From: a virus
Lineage: Duplodnaviria > Heunggongvirae > Uroviricota > Caudoviricetes
Reading direction: 5' to 3' (one strand)
DNA: 64,000 bases
IMG/VR virus record: IMGVR_UViG_3300039208_000529
Span: 112,443-176,442 of that record
Positions 45,672 through 53,671 of this stretch are shown here, piece after piece (the first letter of the stretch is position 1; each line of letters opens with the position of its first letter). Made by a program: the position numbers and the translations under genes. Under the pieces are notes generated by a model. The model saw nothing but the letters and a program-made list of their open reading frames with translations, ran no database searches and was not told the DNA's origin.

Positions 45672-47134
45672 GATACTGAAACACGCTCACGAATTTCGGC
45701 CAACGTCCAGTCTCGAATTATTTCGCCATTGCGGAACACCGTTTGAAGCATGTTGCCGTTGGCATTATCTTGACCTTGGACAGTGAGGACTTGCCCCTCA
45801 CGTCTTACCAAAGACAGTCTACCACGCTTAGAATTCTTTGTCGAATCCGTTGCCGGTTTCTTGAAAATTTCTCGCCCCTCTTTATTTACTTGCATCCAAG
45901 AACACTTGATGGCGAATCTTTGCGTGTCGCGGTCAAAATCCTGCAATAAGCCTCCACCGCTCCCAAAAGCGATATTATCCGCCGAAATAGTATTTCGGCG
46001 AAATGATTCCAAGATTTGTTCAACGGTATGGCGTGGTTTTCTCTCCGCAAGCATATCAGAAAGTTTTTCAGTTAAGTCAGATGTGTTCCAAGAATTACGT
46101 GTCCACTTAATACCATCGCCCTGAATCATACGAACATATGGAGGCAACACATGATATCCTTTACTATTTACTTCTGTGCCAAATTCCTCGGCTAATGCTT
46201 GGAATACCTGAATATCAATATCGGGAAGCGTTCCGGAATCTGGACGGAATACTACTGTGCCGTTCCGACTGCGGATCATGTCATAAATATCTCTGTTTTT
46301 AGCAATCACTTGATCGATAAAACCAATCGTATCAAACGAGTCGATCACCATGGCCACAAGACCCTCGGGATGCGTAGTCAGAATCTGACGAACAATGTCG
46401 GCTTCGCCTTCTGGACCCCGAGCAGTCATAATAGAGTGCTCCGTAGCAGGGATGGAAAATCCCGCCATAGGCTCATGATAGTAGTTCTTCAAAAGAGAGA
46501 GAGCAGCCATTGTATCTGTGCCCATAGCTCCGGTAGCTAGATGGGCGGCTCCCGCTAGTGCCGCAGTCTCCACAGAGGAAACTCCTCTATAACCAAAATC
46601 ATGAAGCTTGAAATCAAGCCCTGCTGGATCTCCAGTAAGGTCTAAGTATTTCTTAATGATTTTCCTAACTTCGTGACTGCCCGTAGCCACGGTGATAGGA
46701 GACCAAACTTGCATGAGAACTGTTTCAAGGAAGTTGGTAAGCCACGGAACTTGCCAGTCGGTGTTTTCGATAGTGAAAAGCACATTCCCGGTAGGAATAA
46801 TCTCTCCCTCGGGCACTGCTTTAATTACAACAGGAAGATATCCTTTGTGCTTTTTGAGAATGTATTCCCAGCCCTCACGATTGAACACATCTTCTCGCCC
46901 AAAGTGAGCAGCACACAGTTCGGCTGCTTCATCAATTTTAGCTTGAGTTACAACTTGTCCAACTAAATACTTTTTCAGAATATATTGTAACCCAAAAAAT
47001 AGACTTGCGGGGAAGCGAGCACCAACCCTTGATTCACAGTATGAATACACCTTCTCTGTACCAGGAGGATACAGAGAATGATGAGATTGCTTATAACTGT
47101 CAGTGCCAACAGCCAATAAATTGAAATTGTTCAT
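45668..47134 (-). CDS. nadV: nicotinamide phosphoribosyltransferase (NAMPT/NadV)
   Basis: GTDSYK, GFSIPATEHS and FGSGGGLLQ motifs. Confidence 0.9.
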   Translation of the reverse strand: MNNFNLLAVGTDSYKQSHHSLYPPGTEKVYSYCESRVGARFPASLFFGLQYILKKYLVGQVVTQAKIDEAAELCAAHFGREDVFNREGWEYILKKHKGYLPVVIKAVPEGEIIPTGNVLFTIENTDWQVPWLTNFLETVLMQVWSPITVATGSHEVRKIIKKYLDLTGDPAGLDFKLHDFGYRGVSSVETAALAGAAHLATGAMGTDTMAALSLLKNYYHEPMAGFSIPATEHSIMTARGPEGEADIVRQILTTHPEGLVAMVIDSFDTIGFIDQVIAKNRDIYDMIRSRNGTVVFRPDSGTLPDIDIQVFQALAEEFGTEVNSKGYHVLPPYVRMIQGDGIKWTRNSWNTSDLTEKLSDMLAERKPRHTVEQILESFRRNTISADNIAFGSGGGLLQDFDRDTQRFAIKCSWMQVNKEGREIFKKPATDSTKNSKRGRLSLVRREGQVLTVQGQDNANGNMLQTVFRNGEIIRDWTLAEIRERVSVS

Positions 47135-47409
47135 TATCCAAGTCCTTTCATAAATCCAAAAAGAATACGACTTTTCTCGTTATCCTCTCTATTATGAAAA
47201 ATCAAGTAGTTTTTGTACCGACGTTGCTCGCTAACTCTTGATGCCACAAGTAACGCAATAGGCCAATACAATGTATGTAGCATCAGTTTGTTTTGCAATC
47301 TGTATTGCAAAATTCGAGTTGAGATAGATGGCAGTCCAATATTGATGTATGTCAAAAAAACAAGCATACCAAGCAAAACAATAACTAAGGTACTCATAAT
47401 TATCTCCAT
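47134..47409 (-). CDS. small membrane protein (2 TM segments)
   Basis: Hydrophobic helices. Stop/start overlap with nadV. Confidence 0.5.
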   Translation of the reverse strand: MEIIMSTLVIVLLGMLVFLTYINIGLPSISTRILQYRLQNKLMLHTLYWPIALLVASRVSEQRRYKNYLIFHNREDNEKSRILFGFMKGLG

Positions 47410-47870
47410 GCAGGCGGCCTAATCATATATGGCATCAATTCTGCTATTAGACCGGTCTCAAGCGGAATCCCACTTTTGCTCAAAATAAGTCTATTCCAAA
47501 CTTGGTATCTATGATCCCAGTCCTTTTCAGAGATATCATCCGGTCTGTCTGTTGAATTCTGATAGTGAAAGTCTTCAATTTCCCCTACTTTTTCAAGCAA
47601 GGATTCTTCCAACTTATTTAAAGAGCAATGGATTATACCATACCAAGCGTTTGTTACATCGTCCCAATAGACAGAAATAGAAGCGTCATATTCTTCCTTT
47701 AATGCTCTATATACATTAAAGTAGTCCTCTGATTTAGCACTGCATCCATCCAAGAGATCTTCAAAAAACTGTCGTGTGATATCTCTACACTCATCTATAA
47801 CTCTAAAAAGAGCCGGTGTATCAAATGAATCAATATTAAACTTGATCCCACCCCAAATTTTTGTACTCAT
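47400..47870 (-). CDS. hypothetical protein
   Basis: Start taken at the internal Met (MSTKIWGG...), 2 nt after the upstream small ORF stop. Confidence 0.5.
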   Translation of the reverse strand: MSTKIWGGIKFNIDSFDTPALFRVIDECRDITRQFFEDLLDGCSAKSEDYFNVYRALKEEYDASISVYWDDVTNAWYGIIHCSLNKLEESLLEKVGEIEDFHYQNSTDRPDDISEKDWDHRYQVWNRLILSKSGIPLETGLIAELMPYMIRPPAWR

Positions 47871-47872
47871 AG

Positions 47873-48001
47873 TTAATCGCAGAAGCAAATTAGGGCCGCT
47901 AACCCGGCGAGGAACGCACCAAAAACAAACCCTTTGACGATGCACAACACGCAAACACCAATCATTGCGATGCCACCAATTGTGCGTCGTACGTCAATCA
48001 T
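47873..48001 (-). CDS. small membrane protein (42 aa, below the cutoff)
   Basis: ATGA overlap with the Nudix gene stop. MIDVRRTIGGIAMIGVCVLCIVKGFVFGAFLAGLAALICFCD. Confidence 0.4.
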   Translation of the reverse strand: MIDVRRTIGGIAMIGVCVLCIVKGFVFGAFLAGLAALICFCD

Positions 48002-48489
48002 TCTCTTGTTGGCCAATTTTTATACTCACTCTTTTTCCAGGTCATATAGTCTACAATCATCTGACCGTGATCAAAACAAATGTTATTAATTGCTGGACCC
48101 TCAAGGCTTGCAACGAATCCACCACCATTCATATTGCCGTCGAAACAGAAATCTTTAGTATTAAACAGCACAATATTTTTAGCATCATCTGCTGCTTTAG
48201 GTTCACCAAGAGCTTGTGCCACATAACAGACTGTTACACAATGTTCTCGGGGATCCCTGTTTGGATTAGAATACGTATGAAATTGCACAATATCCGTAAT
48301 CAAAAGACCAGTTTCCTCCTCCGCCTCACGGATAGCCGCTTGCATTGTAGTTTCTCCGATATCCACAAACCCGCCAGGCAAAGCATATCCGTGAGGCGGA
48401 TTCTTCCGTTCAATCATTACAATATGATCTTCTTTGTGAGCCAATTCAATAATGATATCGACGGTTAGCTTAGGAGTTTTGTGAGACAT
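47998..48489 (-). CDS. Nudix hydrolase
   Basis: Nudix box GGFVDIGETTMQAAIREAEEETGL. Start taken at the internal Met. Confidence 0.8.
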   Translation of the reverse strand: MSHKTPKLTVDIIIELAHKEDHIVMIERKNPPHGYALPGGFVDIGETTMQAAIREAEEETGLLITDIVQFHTYSNPNRDPREHCVTVCYVAQALGEPKAADDAKNIVLFNTKDFCFDGNMNGGGFVASLEGPAINNICFDHGQMIVDYMTWKKSEYKNWPTRE

Positions 48490-48838
48490 CAGGACGTTTC
48501 TCCGTTTTGCTTCTCGACAAAATTTTCCACCTGTCAACCGGATCTGTACCGATCAGATCTCTTACCGTAGGTTTTATATCGCCCTTATATGCTTTTGGTT
48601 TAGTCCACCTATTACCACTTTTCATACCAACCAAGCCCATGATCCTAAAAGGACAATCTTCTTTAATGTCAAAAAATCTATCCATAAATACTACAATATA
48701 TTTGTCGCCATCTGTCCTTTGGAGAATTGCCCCCTCCGACAAACCCTCGGTGTGATCGAGCGGCTCTAATTGCTTTAACAAGTCTTCTGCCCAAACATGT
48801 AACTTGTCATTCCCAGCTGCATTCAATTGATTTTCCAT
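48470..48838 (-). CDS. hypothetical protein
   Basis: 122-aa ORF. Confidence 0.45.
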   Translation of the reverse strand: MENQLNAAGNDKLHVWAEDLLKQLEPLDHTEGLSEGAILQRTDGDKYIVVFMDRFFDIKEDCPFRIMGLVGMKSGNRWTKPKAYKGDIKPTVRDLIGTDPVDRWKILSRSKTEKRPDVSQNS

Positions 48839-49520
48839 TCCAAATTACGTAGTGAAACAATTCAATGATTGGGCAACAGACCCACTCTGTTTGTCCTACT
48901 ATACCACGGTCAGGCTCATGATGATGTCCGAAAAACCAGAATTTCGGCTGAAATTGGTCCATGACAGCCTGAAGGCACTGACGATCACCCTTACTACTTA
49001 TGTCTGGACTACTATATCGCGTGTCCGAGTAAGGAATCGAAAGAGGATGGTCGTGACTGAAAATGGCATCAATTGGTCCATCTTGAGACAACGCTTTCTT
49101 GGTTTCTTCGTATGTGATACTTTCTTCTGGCCACCAGTTTAATCCTTCGGTACGATATTCTTTATCATATGAAGTAGCACCACCAAAGAACATAGCTCGC
49201 GTTGCTTCGCCAAATTCCATTACGTCACCACGAGGATGATATCTAGTCCACTTATTTCCAGATCCGCCTTTTGCTCGCAAAAGCGGATGGTTGTCGTGAT
49301 TTCCGTCGCACCAATCAATCACAATGTTAGGAGGACCATCATGTTTATAAAAGCTTTTCTTGTACTTGAAAAATTTATTATAAAGATTTGGCCAACCGTC
49401 AGCAAAATCTCCCACTTGAACAATGTGCGTAATATCGGAATGCTGCTTCATTGCTTTAGCAATAGTAATATTCATAGCGGTCCAATCACCATGAACGTCT
49501 CCTAGAACTAAAGCTTTCAT
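48807..49520 (-). CDS. Ser/Thr protein phosphatase (lambda-PPase/ApaH-like metallophosphoesterase)
   Basis: VLGDVHGD, GDFADG, DGNHD and GHHHE motifs. Confidence 0.8.
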   Translation of the reverse strand: MKALVLGDVHGDWTAMNITIAKAMKQHSDITHIVQVGDFADGWPNLYNKFFKYKKSFYKHDGPPNIVIDWCDGNHDNHPLLRAKGGSGNKWTRYHPRGDVMEFGEATRAMFFGGATSYDKEYRTEGLNWWPEESITYEETKKALSQDGPIDAIFSHDHPLSIPYSDTRYSSPDISSKGDRQCLQAVMDQFQPKFWFFGHHHEPDRGIVGQTEWVCCPIIELFHYVIWNGKSIECSWE

Positions 49521-49897
49521 CCTAAGATCCCAGGTAAATCATTTACCAAAATCGTGTATGGAACATATCTAACGGACCAAAATCCGGCATGATCTAGGTG
49601 ATCTACCATACCTAAAGCTGCTGGTTGGTTAACTGAGTGAATTACGATTGTAGTTTCTCTATGTTTTTCTTGCTCAGCAAGCCAGAAAGCAACTTTGCTA
49701 CCGGAGTTTTTATCACCGCAGTCAACATGTTCCTGACCCAGATCATGGTCCAAAAACATCATATCATACTTTCCTTTAGAAAGAAAGCGGATAGCGTCAT
49801 TTGCTGTGGTGGCATGATCAATTGAATGACCTCTTAGAGCATCGCGAAACACTTCCATACGATACTCGCTGTCCTCAAGAATAAGAATATTCATCAC
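49517..49897 (-). CDS. CheY-like receiver-domain protein (stand-alone)
   Basis: ILILEDSE...YDMMFLDHDLG pattern with conserved acidic residues. 126 aa. Confidence 0.5.
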   Translation of the reverse strand: MMNILILEDSEYRMEVFRDALRGHSIDHATTANDAIRFLSKGKYDMMFLDHDLGQEHVDCGDKNSGSKVAFWLAEQEKHRETTIVIHSVNQPAALGMVDHLDHAGFWSVRYVPYTILVNDLPGILG

Positions 49898-50085
49898 ATT
49901 TTCCAGAGTGTAGCTAGACCAGACTTCACACCTTTAGCAAGCAAGATCACAAGAGCAATGGGCCAAATTACAGCGAGACCAGCCCATTCCCAAAAGCTAT
50001 AATCCATTTTATCAAGCCATAAGATCATGTTCGTAATGTTCAATACAGCTACTCCCACCAAATAGATCTCAACTATCATTTGCAT
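49894..50085 (-). CDS. small membrane protein (2 TM segments)
   Basis: Hydrophobic 63-aa ORF. Confidence 0.45.
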   Translation of the reverse strand: MQMIVEIYLVGVAVLNITNMILWLDKMDYSFWEWAGLAVIWPIALVILLAKGVKSGLATLWKM

Positions 50086-50269
50086 CTAGCTCCATTTTGA
50101 TATTCTCGATCATATGTACTATTCGTCTGTAAGCTAAAAGTTGCCCGCGATAAATATCGAGAGTTTCTTGATGAGGCTTAGTATTTCCCTCTTGCATTTT
50201 ATTCACAAGAGATTCCGCCAGCAACATTCCTTCAATACAGGTTTTTCTTATTTCTGAGAACGATGCCAT
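50069..50269 (-). CDS. hypothetical protein
   Basis: 66-aa ORF. Confidence 0.4.
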   Translation of the reverse strand: MASFSEIRKTCIEGMLLAESLVNKMQEGNTKPHQETLDIYRGQLLAYRRIVHMIENIKMELDANDS

Positions 50270-50574
50270 GCTTCAGCCTGCTCTTCTGTCATGAAATAAC
50301 ATTCTTCCTCTGATTCAGTATCCCACGTAGAAGAAATATACCCAGCTTCTACAAGGTCGTCAAGAGTCTGTTTCATTTTGGCATCCATCAGAGCCTCTTG
50401 AAGCTCTTTAGCAGAAATCTTGTCGCCAATGTTCCATCGTGCAATCGCAAAAGCAAAAGCCCATTCAGAAAACCCACTGGGATTATCGGGATCATACTCT
50501 TCGCCAGTGCTCCAGTCGACATCCTTGCGTGCTTTTTCCAGAGGAATTTTTCTTGAAATAACGAAGTGTTCCAT
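50248..50574 (-). CDS. hypothetical acidic protein
   Basis: 108-aa ORF. Confidence 0.45.
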   Translation of the reverse strand: MEHFVISRKIPLEKARKDVDWSTGEEYDPDNPSGFSEWAFAFAIARWNIGDKISAKELQEALMDAKMKQTLDDLVEAGYISSTWDTESEEECYFMTEEQAEAWHRSQK

Positions 50575-50649
50575 TAGTTTTTCACATCAATCCAGGGTCG
50601 CGGCGGTTCGGGCTCGATACAAATCCAGCCCTCGTCTTGAATGAAATCG

Positions 50650-50973
50650 TTAGCTGCTGAAGGAATCATAATTAGTAGTTATTTGTCCTAAGTAGGCGTA
50701 TCCACCCTTTTTAAACTTTTCAAAGAGTTCTTTTTGAGTTTTTGGTCTCCGATAATTGGAAAACGCGAGAAACGGATTTGCTCCAAGCCCGCCAGCAACA
50801 AAAAGATCTGGCATACTGCTGTCTGACCAAAGTCTAAATATGACTACAGGAACACTTCTCTTAGCTTTAAATACAGCACCAGGAGTGATCAGGTCAATAC
50901 TTAGCGGTTCAGTCTTTGGCTTGAGTTTTCCATCCAGGACATTCTTCGCCCATTTTTTTATATCATCGTTCAT
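50650..50973 (-). CDS. hypothetical protein, paralogue family member C
   Basis: MNDDIKKWAKNVL...VPVV...GGLGANPF...GYAYLG signature. Confidence 0.55.
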   Translation of the reverse strand: MNDDIKKWAKNVLDGKLKPKTEPLSIDLITPGAVFKAKRSVPVVIFRLWSDSSMPDLFVAGGLGANPFLAFSNYRRPKTQKELFEKFKKGGYAYLGQITTNYDSFSS

Positions 50974-51136
50974 CGGGCCACAGATCCTCCGCCATCAGCA
51001 TCGCTCTTAAAATCTTAACTTCCAACTTCCACACTGGAATCGGAGTATTCAGAGTATACCCTTCTCGAAGGACTTCGGCAAGAATTTTCATCTCTGCCTC
51101 AGTCAAATCCAGAGTTACTCGTTTTTTCTTCGTCAC
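50963..51136 (-). CDS. small RHH-like protein (57 aa, GTG start, below the cutoff)
   Basis: GTG..TGA ORF MTKKKRVTLDLTEAEMKILAEVL... overlapping the start of 50650..50973. Confidence 0.25.
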   Translation of the reverse strand: MTKKKRVTLDLTEAEMKILAEVLREGYTLNTPIPVWKLEVKILRAMLMAEDLWPDER

Positions 51137-51249
51137 GTATATTACCTACATAAACCCATTTTTCAGCCAAACCACTCCAAAGCTCAATAATCCCACAAAC
51201 AATACACATTCTGCGGGAAATATCGTCATTGGTAAATATATGATTACAG

Positions 51250-51462
51250 CTAGGCATTTTGTTGTGGAAAAACGATAGATATTTCTACTTTAACTGGCTT
51301 AAAATGGGAAAGGCTGTAGATGTTGCTGAATTTCTGGGCGTCTTCCTGCGACACAAATAGTCTGGCCGCCTGCGGATTTCCAGTTTCGACGAATCGGCCT
51401 CGCGATCCTTCTGAAACGTACTTTCCAAGCTCACGAGTGCTCTGTAACAAATATCGTATCAT
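51250..51462 (-). CDS. hypothetical protein, first gene of the minus-strand block
   Basis: 70-aa ORF bordering the divergent intergenic region. Confidence 0.45.
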   Translation of the reverse strand: MIRYLLQSTRELGKYVSEGSRGRFVETGNPQAARLFVSQEDAQKFSNIYSLSHFKPVKVEISIVFPQQNA

Positions 51463-51683
51463 TCAAAGTTTTCCTCGACTACCTGTTTTTTAAAAAAAGC
51501 TTTCAGCTTACTAGGATGTCTGGAAATGGGCCTTCTGTCAACTGCCAATGTGGCAGCCAACGATAAGCTTGGCGTTCACAGCTGTTTACAGCTGGCTGGA
51601 AATCGAAAGATAAATTTTAGTTTCACTACCAAACGTACCTTATATATCTAACGAGTCAACCAAGAAATTCCAAAAATTTCTGT

Positions 51684-51711
51684 TTGACGATCAGAGGATT
51701 AGGTGTAGTAT
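51684..51711 (+). promoter_or_regulatory. sigma70-like promoter (TTGACG-16-TAGTAT)
   Basis: Hexamers read directly; located in the ORF-free divergent region. Confidence 0.45.
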
Positions 51712-51719
51712 AGAGGCAC

Positions 51720-51911
51720 ACGAACGAAAGAACGTGGGTTTGAAAAGTAGGAAGATGGAGTGCGGGACTAGCATCTCGCTGCAAAAAGATTGCCCCAACC
51801 GGATTGCTACTCCGGACCAAAGAGTACCAGCGGGCCAGAGCTGAGGAAAATGGTGAGTAAAGAGATCACCGCCGACCTTCGGAACTCTTGGGGCAATCAC
51901 TCGTTTTTTTT
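51720..51911 (+). ncRNA. candidate structured sRNA of about 190 nt
   Basis: Downstream of the 51684 promoter. 9-bp long-range stem GATTGCCCC (51788-96)/GGGGCAATC (51890-98) enclosing local hairpins, followed by T8 at 51904-51911. Confidence 0.35.
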
Positions 51912-51912
51912 C

Positions 51913-51940
51913 TTGACATCTTGGAACAACGTGCTATTAT
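51913..51940 (+). promoter_or_regulatory. near-consensus sigma70 promoter (TTGACA-16-TATTAT) preceded by a T-tract
   Basis: -35 at 51913-51918, -10 at 51935-51940. Drives the tRNA-like gene and the downstream structured RNA. Confidence 0.6.
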
Positions 51941-51991
51941 AGCATTACCTTCGGCGGGTCCGAGGGCATCTTTGACAATAAGGGAACACAT

Positions 51992-52065
51992 GACCCTGTA
52001 GTTTAATGGAGAACATCGGCGTTAATCTGCCGACGGCATAGGTTTGAATCCTGTCGGGGTCGCCA
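51992..52065 (+). ncRNA. atypical tRNA-like gene with an 8-nt anticodon loop (GUUAAUCU), 3-bp D stem and short variable loop
   Basis: 7-bp acceptor GACCCTG/CGGGGTC, anticodon stem TCGGC/GCCGA, T arm ATAGG-TTTGAAT-CCTGT, CCA encoded. 71 nt plus CCA. Confidence 0.45.
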
Positions 52066-53030
52066 TGACTCGATCGTCTAACTTAATAGGACACTTCCCA
52101 GCACGGGAAGAAATAGTGGAGAATGACCATTTCGAGTCACCAGAATACGTCCCTGTCACTGGGACGTTAAACCTTGTGCTTTTTTCTAGCCGGGCCGGGC
52201 ACTCTTCGGAGTGATAGGTGGAAGCTGGCTGATTGTTGGACGGTACCTACTGGAGGGCAATCACTAGGTCAGTGAGATGATGGACGGGTGGTGACACACT
52301 CTAAGTTATCGAGTAACTGGAGGTAAGAGCTTGTATGTCGCTACAAGAATACTGCCAAAGGAAGAGTGGATTTCTTCATTTATCAGAACAACGGTTGGGA
52401 AAGAACTTTATTGTAAAAAGTATCTTGGGAAAATGGCTGAAAAGCCATAAAATGGAACTATGTGAAGCAGAAGCGTCTAATCTTGTTTCCGAAAGGAAAT
52501 GAGGGTCCCGCGAGGGGTATTGCGGAGATTATCCCAAGTAATCAAAGTGATACGTGCTATTGAGAAGAGGTTGATCGCCTTGTTCAAGAAAACACAGAAT
52601 GTTTTGCATATTACTGGCCTGCTGTTGGGTGCCGCGAGGTAACGACAGGGATGAAGCTAGTGAAGGGATTAATACCCCCGTTCACAGACACCTAACCATG
52701 TATAACGTCACGTACTTATCGGTGGTCACTAGCAAAAAGGGTTAGATCTTGTGATAGCCTGAATCAAGCACTCACCGGAAAACCGAGTGAGAGGCTGTTT
52801 TAGCATCGGCACGAATGGCGGACAGCAGGTAATCATGGTGCAAAGAGATTACCATTTATGCGTCGGACGTATCCTGATCGATCTATTAGGATAGGAGTAA
52901 GTGGAAACCTTACCTGACGCACCATACAAAACGGGGGCTGCGGCCCGCGTGGATAGCCCGGCAAAGGGTGGTCCACGAAGGCGTGAAATCCTTAGAAATT
53001 AAAACGCAGATGATTAACAAAGGAATAAAA
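52066..53030 (+). ncRNA. large non-coding structured RNA candidate of about 950 nt (GOLLD/ROOL-like or degenerate group I intron-like). No ORF of 60 aa or more on either strand.
   Basis: Many short GC stems capped by tetraloops: UUCG at 52200-52213, GAAA at 52486-52499, GCGA at 52507-52516 and 52632-52639. Perfect hairpins at 52147-52167 and 52828-52853. Confidence 0.45.
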
Positions 53031-53480
53031 ATGAATCTTCTTACAACTTTACTTTTTTGCCTTGTTTGTCAAGGCAATCCATATGAACCAGCTGACTGTA
53101 GTCTTCTAGCTTTTTCATGCCCTCCGGAAAAACCACATATGAGTATTCCATGTATTATGGCGTGCGATGCTGCATATCTAGAAACATGCGAAGCGATCTT
53201 TGCAGCTTCGAGTGAAGCATGGGGAGATGTTCTTGATTTTTTGATGGAATCTGACGCAGCTTGTAGGCTGCTTCCGGTTGGTGAACAAGCCGAGTGTTTT
53301 GCTAGTAATCTAAGAATTGCTCAAGATAGCTGGTATAATATTGCAATTGCTCATAGCAATGAAATGGTACAAGCAATTGTTGATTTTCAGGAATGTGCTG
53401 AAAAATGTTGCTTTCCTGACTTGACGTTCAATCCTAAAGTTCTATTTAAAGGAACCACGCTTACCGTTCGTTCACAATGA
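53031..53480 (+). CDS. secreted Cys-rich protein, paralogue of 59351..59836
   Basis: AAGGA RBS before the internal ATG (MNLLTTLLFCLVCQG...), signal peptide. NPYEPADC...CPPEKP motif shared with the paralogue. Confidence 0.6.
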   Translation: MNLLTTLLFCLVCQGNPYEPADCSLLAFSCPPEKPHMSIPCIMACDAAYLETCEAIFAASSEAWGDVLDFLMESDAACRLLPVGEQAECFASNLRIAQDSWYNIAIAHSNEMVQAIVDFQECAEKCCFPDLTFNPKVLFKGTTLTVRSQ

Positions 53481-53671
53481 CCAATTTAATACAGTGGGCT
53501 AAAGAACAATTGTATAGGCCACGCTGTGAAAATTGCGATAGTTATGAAATGATTTGGTGGGGTGGAATAAAACACAAAGAAGAATGGTGGTGCTGTCTTG
53601 AGTGCAACGATCTTCTTTTTAGAGAATTCGATTGCGGGGTGGAGCAGTCTGGTAGCTCGTCAGTCTCATAA
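53477..53671 (+). CDS. small zinc-ribbon-like protein; 3' end overlaps tRNA-Met by about 39 nt
   Basis: ATGA coupling with the upstream gene. CENC...CCLEC pairs. Confidence 0.4.
   Translation: MTNLIQWAKEQLYRPRCENCDSYEMIWWGGIKHKEEWWCCLECNDLLFREFDCGVEQSGSSSVS

Noticed and set aside
51691-51900. Minus ORF 51691..51900 (69 aa) in the divergent intergenic region
   Set aside because: It has no RBS, is hydrophobic with low complexity, and overlaps the promoter and structured-sRNA candidate. It is more likely non-coding.
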